Positions 41,792 through 49,474 of a stretch of 49,474 nucleotides of DNA are shown here, in pieces. Numbering within the stretch: the stretch's first letter is position 1; every line of letters begins with the position of its first letter. The notes below the pieces were generated by a model, which was not told the DNA's origin, ran no database searches, and saw only the letters and a program-made list of their open reading frames with translations. Origin of the DNA: Oculatellaceae cyanobacterium bins.114 (GTDB lineage Bacteria; Cyanobacteriota; Cyanobacteriia; Elainellales; Elainellaceae); assembly GCA_033764315.1 (NCBI GenBank), contig JANRJA010000038.1:1-49474 (forward strand). The letters run 5' to 3'. The translations under genes and the position numbers were made by a program.

Positions 41792-42598
41792 TCAGACTCT
41801 CCACCAAAAGAACTTTTGTTGAATCAGGAGCAGCAACCGATCTACCGCAAATCCGGTAATGCCAATAATGCAAATCCCCAACAAGATCAGATCGCTATTA
41901 AAAAGATTGCGCCCTGTCATTACAACTGCTCCTAAGCCATCACGTAGACCTGTCATTTCAGCGGCTAAGACTGCCATCCAGGCGGCAATAAAATTTAGTC
42001 GGAGTAAGGTAAACACACCCGGCAAGACCGCAGGCAAAATCACCATGCGCCAGCGATTAAACTCATTGCCACCCAAATTTTCGGCGGTGATTAACAGGTT
42101 CTCAGGAATCCGTTTGATCTCTGCCACTGTTGCAATGGTCAGAGTAAAGAAAACCCCCATAAACACAATAAATACCGCCGTCAGATTACTGACTCCAAAC
42201 ACTACTAATGCCAGTGGCACCCAAGCGATCGGTGCGATCGGTGCGATCAATCCTAAGATGGGCAGAATAAAAAGCTCAGACCACTTTGAGAGACTGATCA
42301 ACATGCCACACAGAACAGAACCTATAAAGGCGATCGCCATTCCCAAAAAGACGCGTACCAGAGTCACAAACACAGACTGGTAAATCGATGCTGATTGAGA
42401 CCCCAAACCAATTTTGAAATCGCTCTCAAATAAGACGGGTAAAAATCGAGAGGGAGGTGGCAAAACCTGGGTGACAGGATTGGCTGGATTAGAGCCAATC
42501 CACTCCCAAATTGCTACTAAAATTAGACAGGAAAAAATTCCACAACTAATCGACAAACTCGATTTTTTCCAACTCTGCCAAACCTGATGTGTATCCAT
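41792..42598 (-). CDS. NitT/TauT-type ABC transporter permease
   Basis: LPPPS, PIAPIAWVPL and AWMAVLAAEM..GLG. Confidence 0.92.
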   Translation of the reverse strand: MDTHQVWQSWKKSSLSISCGIFSCLILVAIWEWIGSNPANPVTQVLPPPSRFLPVLFESDFKIGLGSQSASIYQSVFVTLVRVFLGMAIAFIGSVLCGMLISLSKWSELFILPILGLIAPIAPIAWVPLALVVFGVSNLTAVFIVFMGVFFTLTIATVAEIKRIPENLLITAENLGGNEFNRWRMVILPAVLPGVFTLLRLNFIAAWMAVLAAEMTGLRDGLGAVVMTGRNLFNSDLILLGICIIGITGFAVDRLLLLIQQKFFWWRV

Positions 42599-42608
42599 TA
42601 GTTAGCTG

Positions 42609-43673
42609 TTATTGTTCTAACGTCTTAATGATAGAGACATCAAAAATTTTGTTAGCTGGAACATCTGCCTTGATATATCCCAGACTCACCATCTCATCGA
42701 CCACACTCTGAATCGCTACAAGATCGGGTGTGAAAGTGATAGGAGATGGCTGCGACGTAAATGCTTCTAACAGAACATCATTATCAACTCGGTAATAGTT
42801 ACCACCATTCAATAAATCAACAGCTTCTTGAGGAGTTTCATTAATGATTTTTGCTGCACACTGAAGTCCTTTGAGGTATGCTTCTACCACGTCTGGACGC
42901 TCTGCCAATGTCTTTTCCAACACACTCATGACTGTGTTTGGGGTAGTGGGAGACCAGATTTCGGCGTTGTCAGTAACTACTGTGGCAGTACCATCTTCTA
43001 CAAATTGTGTAGTGTAGGGTTTAATGTGGCTCAACAAATCAACTTGCCCCTGTCTAAAGGCTTCTACCATTGCCAACAGGTCATCAAAATAAACCATCTC
43101 AACGCTGTCTACTGAAATACCTTCTTTTTCAAAAGCATCCAATAAAATTAACTCTAACGTGTCGCCTCTCAAGGTAGCGATCTTCAAACGTGTATCTGGA
43201 TGGGCCGTGATATAGCTTGCCAAATCTTTGACTGATTTGATCTCATATTCGCTCTTGGCAATTACCTGCATAATGCCCCATCCCCCTGCTGCGGAAATGG
43301 TTTTGATGGGAACCCCACTACTAGCCGCAAAAAAAGGTAAGGTGAACGGGTTGACGTTGAAGTCTACTGCTCCTCCAGCAAGTGCCGCATTGTTGTCTCC
43401 CGGATTGGTAAATGCCACGGTTTCAACCGCTAGTCCGTTTTCTTGAAAGCACCCTGACTCAACTCCAACAAATAGTGGTGCCATGTCAAGCGCAACTAAA
43501 TGCCCCACCTTGACAGGAATTAATTCTTGAGTCTCACTCGCCTCTGTTGGGGTCGCCGCAGAGCTTTCAGGGGCAACGCTTTCAGTGGCGGGTTGTGTCG
43601 TTGTGCAGGAGGCGATCGCTACACTGACTGCCAGACTGGTCAAGGATAATGTAATTGTTCTTCTAGTCCACAT
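42609..43673 (-). CDS. NitT/TauT/NMT1-type substrate-binding lipoprotein
   Basis: Lipobox IASC; APLFVG.E.G.F.ENGL.VE; NMT1/SsuA-like pattern. Confidence 0.9.
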   Translation of the reverse strand: MWTRRTITLSLTSLAVSVAIASCTTTQPATESVAPESSAATPTEASETQELIPVKVGHLVALDMAPLFVGVESGCFQENGLAVETVAFTNPGDNNAALAGGAVDFNVNPFTLPFFAASSGVPIKTISAAGGWGIMQVIAKSEYEIKSVKDLASYITAHPDTRLKIATLRGDTLELILLDAFEKEGISVDSVEMVYFDDLLAMVEAFRQGQVDLLSHIKPYTTQFVEDGTATVVTDNAEIWSPTTPNTVMSVLEKTLAERPDVVEAYLKGLQCAAKIINETPQEAVDLLNGGNYYRVDNDVLLEAFTSQPSPITFTPDLVAIQSVVDEMVSLGYIKADVPANKIFDVSIIKTLEQ

Positions 43674-43819
43674 TACTCAAGTTCCCTCAAATATAGAGTT
43701 TCGATTAAGAGGCACAGGCTTAGACATCAACATTGGGATGGTTGGCACAGGGATTTACTGTGTAAAGCAATCACTGTGTAAAGCAATCATCCCCTAACCT
43801 CTTGACTAAATATGAAATG

Positions 43820-43862
43820 AAGGTAATTCATTCAAATAACATTTTTTGTAATGACATACACA
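43820..43862 (-). promoter_or_regulatory. NtcA-activated promoter of the ABC operon
   Basis: Minus strand TGTG-TATGTCAT-TACA (GTA-N8-TAC with one mismatch; TGT-N10-ACA intact), exactly 22 nt before TACCTT (TAN3T). Confidence 0.7.
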
Positions 43863-43956
43863 GAATCAGTGGGGAAATCGCTATTTTACTTAATGAATAA
43901 GCAAAACAGATTTAATTTATTGCTTATTCGCTAATATAGAAAATCTAATCCATCGT

Positions 43957-44031
43957 GCTGTCAATCAACCATGTTGCCAATCAACCATGTTGCCAATCAA
44001 TTACGTTGTCAATCAATTACGTTGTCAATCA
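43957..44031 (+). repeat. 16-bp tandem repeat, about 4.7 copies
   Basis: gctgtcaatcaaccat/gttgccaatcaaccat/gttgccaatcaattac/gttgtcaatcaattac/gttgtcaatca. Confidence 0.9.
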
Positions 44032-44408
44032 CGATTTACCAGGAGCAATGCATTTAATCACATTTAATCAATTGCGGTGATGTGCCGTGATTGCAAGCTC
44101 TAGGAGTTATAGCAACTGTCAAGATAGTCGATGTAAGGGGGTTTAGGGACTTTGCCCTTAACCAGTTTTTGGCCTGAGCACTCAAGCCAAAAGGGGCAGA
44201 ACCCTAACCCTAAGTAACCCTTTAATCGCTATCAATCTCCGCTTGGGTTTGGGTTTCAACTACACTCAACCCACACGACTCATGAAGGCGTTGACTGCAC
44301 TCAGCACAGTTTCTAAGATGCAAGATCTAAAGTCTGAGTTAATTTATGCATTGATTCATCTCAAATACTGCACCTACCTCAATTCATGATCTTTAGGATA
44401 GAAATGAC

Positions 44409-45011
44409 ATGGTTTTAACTTTGAATGCCAACTCAACTGCGTTGCTCGTGATTGACTTTCAGCAAGACATTTTTAATGGGGGACCACTGCAAACAGTTGG
44501 CTCCACTGAAGTGCTGCCAAAGGCAAAGTCTGTTCTATCAGTAACCCGCAATGCAGGACTACCAATTATCCATACAAAAGAAGTGCATCGCAAAGAAATG
44601 GTGGATTTTGGTCGAGAACTGGACGGATCGGAACCTGTTCATTGCCTTGAGACGTGGTCAGGAACTGATTTTCACTCAGAGTTATATCCTCAGGATGGCG
44701 AGTTTGCGATCGCCAAGCGGCGTTATAGTGCTTTTTTTGCAACCGATCTTGATCTATTACTGCGAGGACTTAAGATTGATACCTTGGTCATCATGGGAAC
44801 ATTGACAGATGTTTGTGTTCACTACACTACTGTTGATGCACATCAACATGACTACTTTGTCTATGTGATCGAAGATTGTTGTATGGGATCAACTTGGGAT
44901 GCTCACTGGGCTGCTTTAAACGCAATTAAATATCTTCAACGGAACTCTCGGATTACACATTTAGAATTTATCCAAGCTGTTTCAAACTTGTCAAAAGTTG
45001 CCTATTCTTAA
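44409..45011 (+). CDS. Isochorismatase-family cysteine hydrolase (amidase-like)
   Basis: Asp-Lys-Cys triad (VIDFQ, KRRYSAF, TDVCV) and PncA-like E-x-H...PVHC. Confidence 0.9.
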   Translation: MVLTLNANSTALLVIDFQQDIFNGGPLQTVGSTEVLPKAKSVLSVTRNAGLPIIHTKEVHRKEMVDFGRELDGSEPVHCLETWSGTDFHSELYPQDGEFAIAKRRYSAFFATDLDLLLRGLKIDTLVIMGTLTDVCVHYTTVDAHQHDYFVYVIEDCCMGSTWDAHWAALNAIKYLQRNSRITHLEFIQAVSNLSKVAYS

Positions 45012-45025
45012 CAGCACTACCTAAA

Positions 45026-45060
45026 TAGAAGTCGGAGTTTTGAGAAAACTCTGACTTCTA
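45026..45060. terminator. Hairpin between the convergent hydrolase and NHase operon
   Basis: TAGAAGTCGGAGTTTT-gag-AAAACTCTGACTTCTA. Confidence 0.7.
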
Positions 45061-45069
45061 AAAGGAGCC

Positions 45070-45402
45070 TTAATGTTTATGATCAGATTCACGTTCAGCG
45101 AGAAGTTCTGCAATCTTATACCGAATCAATTCTGGCTCCAATAATCCTTTAGCTGTCAGCAGTTTTTCGCATGCACTCACCCATTGTTCATAATAGGTTT
45201 TTGTACCAGGAGATTCTTTCTCAGTAGCTGCAATTTCACTGACTAAATAATCAGTCCACTCTGACCAACTGTAATGCTCAGAAGCAACGAGTTGATTAAC
45301 GATCGCAAATGCGCGGGCTTCCCAGGGAGCCTGAAAAACGAGTTCATCCTGGTCTGTTGGTAATCCTGATATGGAAGATGGATTAGTCGGGGAAGGAGTC
45401 AT
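45070..45402 (-). CDS. Nitrile hydratase accessory protein (P14K/NhlE-type)
   Basis: VFQAPWEARAFA, W.EW...L, YYEQWVSACEKLL and a C-terminal DHKH. Confidence 0.9.
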   Translation of the reverse strand: MTPSPTNPSSISGLPTDQDELVFQAPWEARAFAIVNQLVASEHYSWSEWTDYLVSEIAATEKESPGTKTYYEQWVSACEKLLTAKGLLEPELIRYKIAELLAERESDHKH

Positions 45403-45405
45403 GGC

Positions 45406-45774
45406 TTAAATCGCTTCAAGATGATCATCAAATAGGTCAATATAAAGGCAGTCTTGAGCGGGGGCATCGGCTCCCCACAACTCTTGTGCAGTAAACCGGA
45501 CGCTGTAAACGTGCTGAGGTTTTGGCCCTATCCGCTGCCCCATTGTGTCTGGAAACACGTAAACCCCATGATCTTTGGCGATCGCACCAATCTTGCCTCG
45601 GACATAACGCGGTAAACGGGTGTAGGTGTGAGGGTGCATCACCTTGGCTCGGACGCGATCGCCCACCTGAAAAAGAGCAGGAGCATCGATCTCTGCCTGA
45701 CAACTCAGACCGTCTCGTAGCAAGGCTTCAGCCTGTTCAACCGTCATGCATTCATTACTGGTTTCAATGGGCAT
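45406..45774 (-). CDS. Nitrile hydratase beta subunit, C-terminal (SH3-like) half
   Basis: FQVGDRVR, TRLPRYVRGK.G, VFPDT and YSVRF.AQELWG. Confidence 0.88.
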   Translation of the reverse strand: MPIETSNECMTVEQAEALLRDGLSCQAEIDAPALFQVGDRVRAKVMHPHTYTRLPRYVRGKIGAIAKDHGVYVFPDTMGQRIGPKPQHVYSVRFTAQELWGADAPAQDCLYIDLFDDHLEAI

Positions 45775-45798
45775 AGGACTTGATACTCTTTGCTAAAT

Positions 45799-46098
45799 TC
45801 ACGCTTTAAGTTGTGCAATGCGTTCTTCGATCTCGGCTGGTGTCACTAAATTGTGTTCGGTAATCAATAGCTCCAGGGCATACAGCCAGCGTTCGTAATA
45901 GCGGGAACTGAGATAGTCACCTGCTGGCATTCGTTCTGAGGCGTGTCGGGTTTCATCCACTGGGAAATAGTTGCCAAACGTGGCAAAACTCATGGCAAAT
46001 ACCTTCGCTTCCCATTCGGAGTGAAAGACGGGTTCATTCTCTTCAATCGGGATAGCACCCAGGTTATGCATCCCGCCCATATCGTGTGGACCGTTCAT
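45799..46098 (-). CDS. Nitrile hydratase beta subunit, N-terminal half
   Basis: MNGPHDMGG, VFHSEWEAKVFA, DETRHASERM and YYERWL. Confidence 0.9.
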   Translation of the reverse strand: MNGPHDMGGMHNLGAIPIEENEPVFHSEWEAKVFAMSFATFGNYFPVDETRHASERMPAGDYLSSRYYERWLYALELLITEHNLVTPAEIEERIAQLKA

Positions 46099-46109
46099 CG
46101 AGCAATCTC

Positions 46110-46730
46110 CTAAGCCGCAAGTTCAGTCAGAGAATCGGGAGGCAAAACTTTGGCAGTGCCAATCATGGCATTGCGTGTTACCAGGGCAGCTAACGCCTCT
46201 TCTGTCATGCCTTCTGTGCCATGAGGACGTTCTGGTAGCACCAGATAACGTAAGTCGGCATTGCTATCCCAAACGCGCACTTCGACCTGTTCTGGAATGT
46301 CTAACCCAAATTCTCGCAGCACACTACGTGGCTCAATCACTGCACGAGAACGGTAGGCAAAGGATTTGTACCAGGTGGGAGGTAAGCCTAAAATCGCCCA
46401 GGGATAGCAAGAACAGAGGGTACACACGATCAAGTTATGTACCTCTGGTGTATTTTCGACGACCACCATGTGTTCGCTAGAAAAACCTGTTAAACCGAGT
46501 TCAGCGATCGCCCCTGTACCATCTGCCAGCAATCGCTGTTTAAACTCTGGATCAACCCATGCTTTAGCAACGATGCGTGCCCCATTGTGAGGGCCAATTT
46601 TGTGTTCGTAGGCATCATTAATGGCATCACGTGTACCGGGATCGACAATTCCTTTTTCGACTAAAAGCGACTCGATCGCTTTGACACGAAGGGCAATATC
46701 AGCTTCGGGGGGATGATCGTGAGAACTCAT
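46110..46730 (-). CDS. nthA: Cobalt-type nitrile hydratase alpha subunit
   Basis: [10 protein letters not shown] metal site (Thr/Tyr signature of the Co type), [12 protein letters not shown] and WYKS.AYRSR. Confidence 0.95.
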   Translation of the reverse strand: MSSHDHPPEADIALRVKAIESLLVEKGIVDPGTRDAINDAYEHKIGPHNGARIVAKAWVDPEFKQRLLADGTGAIAELGLTGFSSEHMVVVENTPEVHNLIVCTLCSCYPWAILGLPPTWYKSFAYRSRAVIEPRSVLREFGLDIPEQVEVRVWDSNADLRYLVLPERPHGTEGMTEEALAALVTRNAMIGTAKVLPPDSLTELAA

Positions 46731-46852
46731 GACAGTTTGTATTACAAGTAGCCGAGAGGGAATGGGAACGGAAGATTTAGACTTGATTTTACCAGGGTTG
46801 CCTATTGTGCCAAAGTAAGTTCTGTAGCAGTTCTAAAACATTTTAGAGAGAA

Positions 46853-47428
46853 TCAGCTCCAAAAGATTTTACTGAGATCCAGTAAGATACCTGAAAAGTT
46901 AGGCAACTCAACCTGTTCGTGGCGCAATGAAATATGTTTTGATCGATACCCAAACTCCCCAGTTGCTTTCTGATAGGGTTCAGAATATTGCTCTAGGCAG
47001 CGATCAACTAAATTCACAATCCAATAGTGTTGAATCTGATTCTCTGCATAGAGCGACAATTTCGTGGTTTGGTCATAATCCAACGATGAATCAGAGACCT
47101 CAATGATCAACACAATGTCGTCTGGATAGGGGTGAGTTGATAGATAGAGATCATCTCGAAATCGAACAATAGCAAAATCAGGTTCAGGCTCGCTATCAAG
47201 CGGCAAAATAACAGGTCCTTGGTTGCGAACTAAAGCACAATCCCTTAATAAGGGAAGCAATTCATACAACAGACGAGTATTGCAAACCGAGTGAGGGGTT
47301 CCCTTGGCTGCCATTTGAATCAACTCTCCCCGAATCAGCTCAATGCGATCGCCCTCTGCAAAAAATTTCAGGTCGATCAGACGGTGATAGTCGTTTAACG
47401 TGAAGCGTTTGGGGGTAACAGCTGTCAT
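46853..47428 (-). CDS. Uma2 family endonuclease
   Basis: RIELIRGEL, SEPEPD, IIEVSDSSL.YD...K..LYA and YWIVNL. Start probably MTAVTPKRF (the ORF opens at 47446). Confidence 0.9.
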   Translation of the reverse strand: MTAVTPKRFTLNDYHRLIDLKFFAEGDRIELIRGELIQMAAKGTPHSVCNTRLLYELLPLLRDCALVRNQGPVILPLDSEPEPDFAIVRFRDDLYLSTHPYPDDIVLIIEVSDSSLDYDQTTKLSLYAENQIQHYWIVNLVDRCLEQYSEPYQKATGEFGYRSKHISLRHEQVELPNFSGILLDLSKIFWS

Positions 47429-47574
47429 AGGGACACAACCAAACATCTAACTGCTTTGAACTCAGCATAACGGATCGAAGTCAGAAGCGATCGCGATGAT
47501 ATATGAGCTTAGCAACTTACCCGACAAGATAGCTGTAAGATAAAGAGCGATCGCCCTTCATTATTAATCTCTGC

Positions 47575-48600
47575 ATGTCTCGCTCGGTTGCTCTGCGTTA
47601 TTACATTCTGTCGCGGATCTTATTAGCACCCTTAATGATTTGGGTGCTGATTACCCTCGTGTTTTTGTTGCTGAGAGCGACTCCTGGCGATCCGGTAGAT
47701 GTGATCTTAGGGTCGCGTGCTCCCGAAGAGGCAAAAATAGCGTTGCGATCGCGTCTGGGGTTAGATGACCCGTTGTGGTTGCAATACCTTCACTATTTAG
47801 GCGATTTGCTGCGGTTTGATTTGGGCACGTCGTTGACGACGCAGGGACAATCGGTGTGGCACATCATTCAGCAATACTTTCCGGCGACAGTCGAGCTAAC
47901 GGTCTTTAGCATGATTGTCTCAGTGGTTGTGGGAGTGAGCATTGGCGCGATCGCAGCCTCTAAACCCAATACTCCACTGGATGCGGGGGGACGGTTGTTT
48001 GGCATCGTCACCTACGCTGTGCCGACTTACTGGTTTGGCATGATTTTACAGCTTATTTTTGCAGTGCAGTTGCGCTGGTTTCCGATTGGCACTCGCTTTC
48101 CGTTAACTGCAGATCCACCCGTGGTGCGAACAGGGTTATATCTGGTGGATAGCTTACTTCAGGGCAATCTCAACGCTTTTTTTACTAGTTTGTACTACCT
48201 GACGCTTCCCAGCTTGACGTTGGGCATTTTGCTGAGTGGCATCTTTGAACGCATCGTCCGGGTAAACCTGAAGCAAACCCTGCGGGCAGATTATGTCGAA
48301 GCAGCACGGGCACGCGGCATTTCAGAACCCCGCATTGTCATCGCTCACGCACTCAAAAATGCCATGATTCCAGTGATTACGGTGTTGGGATTAACAGTGG
48401 CATCGTTGCTGGGTGGAGCGATTTTAACGGAAGTGACTTTCTCTTGGCCTGGGTTAGCCAATCGTTTATATGAGGCAATTTCATTTCGCGATTACCCTGT
48501 TGTGCAAGGCATCATGGTGTTTTTTGGCATCATCGTGGCGATCGCCAGTATTGTGATCGACATTCTCAATGCCTACATCGACCCCCGAATTCGGTATTAA
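47575..48600 (+). CDS. Peptide/nickel ABC transporter permease (DppB/OppB type)
   Basis: PGDPV, LGLDDPL..QY, ARARG, HALKNA.IP, TEVTFSWPG and DPRIRY. Confidence 0.92.
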   Translation: MSRSVALRYYILSRILLAPLMIWVLITLVFLLLRATPGDPVDVILGSRAPEEAKIALRSRLGLDDPLWLQYLHYLGDLLRFDLGTSLTTQGQSVWHIIQQYFPATVELTVFSMIVSVVVGVSIGAIAASKPNTPLDAGGRLFGIVTYAVPTYWFGMILQLIFAVQLRWFPIGTRFPLTADPPVVRTGLYLVDSLLQGNLNAFFTSLYYLTLPSLTLGILLSGIFERIVRVNLKQTLRADYVEAARARGISEPRIVIAHALKNAMIPVITVLGLTVASLLGGAILTEVTFSWPGLANRLYEAISFRDYPVVQGIMVFFGIIVAIASIVIDILNAYIDPRIRY

Positions 48601-48608
48601 TGGGATGG

Positions 48609-49253
48609 TTATGGATATCCTTGCCACTTAAAAACTAAGATTCCCTGTATCACTACCTGACACTCCTCTGTATTAATTACGATTTGTGGATATTTAGGAT
48701 TAGAGGCAACCAATGAAACGTAGTCACCATTTCTGTAGAAGTGTTTTAAGGTCGTACCTCTACCCTCAACCCATGCTGCAACAATCTCTCCATCCTTCAA
48801 CAAATCAGGGTCATCTACAGGGCGCATGATAACAAACGAATCATCTGTAATATGATCGCCAATCATACTATCTCCAGCCACTCGAAGAGCAAAATCTCCA
48901 GGTTTTAGCATAGGACTGAAGATAGGCAACTTGGCATAATTGTCAGTAAATGACTCAGTCAGATAGCCTGCGGCAATTGTTCCCCAAATAGGAATGCCAT
49001 TTTGACTAACAGGATTGCCACCTTGATTGATAGGAATGCTATCTCGACTTGATTTGAGAATTTTGATAGTGCGAGGCTTCCCACACTCTCGCTCAATGTA
49101 ACCTTCTAACTCTAAATGGTTAAGGCTATTTTGAATCGCACCCCTTGATTTCTTCATCGCTGCCATCATCTCATCCATTGAAGGAGGATAACCACGGAGA
49201 TCGATATAGTCTTCCAAATAAACGAGAAGATTCCAGTGAGATAAATGAAGCAT
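48609..49253 (-). CDS. lexA: LexA-family repressor (divergent paralog)
   Basis: YPPS winged HTH; IAAG cleavage site; GDSM Ser and TLKH Lys catalytic dyad. Confidence 0.85.
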   Translation of the reverse strand: MLHLSHWNLLVYLEDYIDLRGYPPSMDEMMAAMKKSRGAIQNSLNHLELEGYIERECGKPRTIKILKSSRDSIPINQGGNPVSQNGIPIWGTIAAGYLTESFTDNYAKLPIFSPMLKPGDFALRVAGDSMIGDHITDDSFVIMRPVDDPDLLKDGEIVAAWVEGRGTTLKHFYRNGDYVSLVASNPKYPQIVINTEECQVVIQGILVFKWQGYP

Positions 49254-49281
49254 TGAAAATTGATGGCTGAACTATTTTTAT

Positions 49282-49295
49282 AGTACATATGTTCG
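49282..49295. promoter_or_regulatory. Cyanobacterial LexA box
   Basis: AGTAC-ATA-TGTTCG fits RGTAC-NNN-DGTWCB, about 30 bp upstream of the lexA start. Confidence 0.7.
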
Positions 49296-49339
49296 TATCT
49301 CTAGACAAGGCTCTTTAAAGACAAAGCCTAAAACTACTT

Positions 49340-49474
49340 AGAACCTATCCGAAAACGTCTCAATGGGTGAGATGCTTTTAAGAAGGATGTTTCAGGGATT
49401 AACGAGCGATGTCCTTCACAGAGATCAACCCTGCCTATCGATTGCCAGATGAGGTATGGGAACGGGTTCATCAT
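49340..49474 (+). mobile_element. Left end of an IS5-family element; transposase starts at 49409 (partial)
   Basis: AGAACCTATCCGAAAA terminus-like sequence, then MSFTEINPAYRLPDEVWERVHH, matching the L-x-D-E-x-W N-terminal motif of IS5-family (IS427/IS1031-like) transposases. Confidence 0.65.

Noticed and set aside
43680-43810. Riboswitch in the SBP leader
   Set aside because: I could not recognise guanidine, cobalamin or TPP consensus elements, only a 16-bp tandem duplication. An Rfam scan would settle it.
43957-44031. Possible CRISPR array
   Set aside because: Units are 16 bp and directly adjacent, with no unique spacers and no cas genes in the window.
45775-45801. Beta split as a single sequencing error or stop readthrough
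   Set aside because: Two different in-frame stops (TGA and TAG) lie in the junction.
45406-46730. Thiocyanate hydrolase call based on the three-subunit layout
   Set aside because: The beta N-half begins MNGPHDMGG with DETRH like NHase, and lacks the N-terminal extension and Arg cluster I recall for SCNase. Only an assay can fully exclude it.
48609-49474. Prophage immunity region
   Set aside because: No integrase, cro-like or structural gene is visible, and the divergent ORF is a transposase start.
1-49474. High frequency of GCGATCGC as a novel repeat
   Set aside because: This is the well-known cyanobacterial HIP1 octamer.

Overview
Chromosomal window from a cyanobacterium: HIP1 octamers (GCGATCGC) are very dense, and it carries CP12, an HLIP and an OCP C-terminal-domain homolog. 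Both edges cut through IS5-family elements pointing outward; the left one interrupts a DUF5984-like gene. Housekeeping genes include queG, tsaE, murD, serA, pstSCAB and exbB-exbD-exbD. Three accessory modules stand out. (1) At about 40.4-46.7 kb lies a probable nitrile-as-nitrogen-source locus: a cobalt-type nitrile hydratase whose beta subunit is split into two genes, a P14K-type accessory gene, a PncA-like cysteine hydrolase as candidate amidase, a NitT/TauT-type ABC importer behind a near-canonical NtcA promoter, and an Lrp/AsnC regulator. (2) An iron-uptake triad: Tat-exported two-domain multicopper oxidase, HhH/His-rich lipoprotein with a Fur-like box, and FTR1 permease. (3) A TonB-like proline-rich protein with a non-canonical C-terminus, behind a Pho-box-like array, divergent from pstS and convergent with exbBDD. 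Also present: a Uma2 pseudogene with two TAG stops at expected Trp positions and a tiny in-frame insertion, nested MITE-like repeats around a WD40 gene, a methyltransferase-GT2-GT2 fusion, and a divergent LexA paralog with an upstream LexA box. All calls come from motif recognition by eye; no database searches were run.
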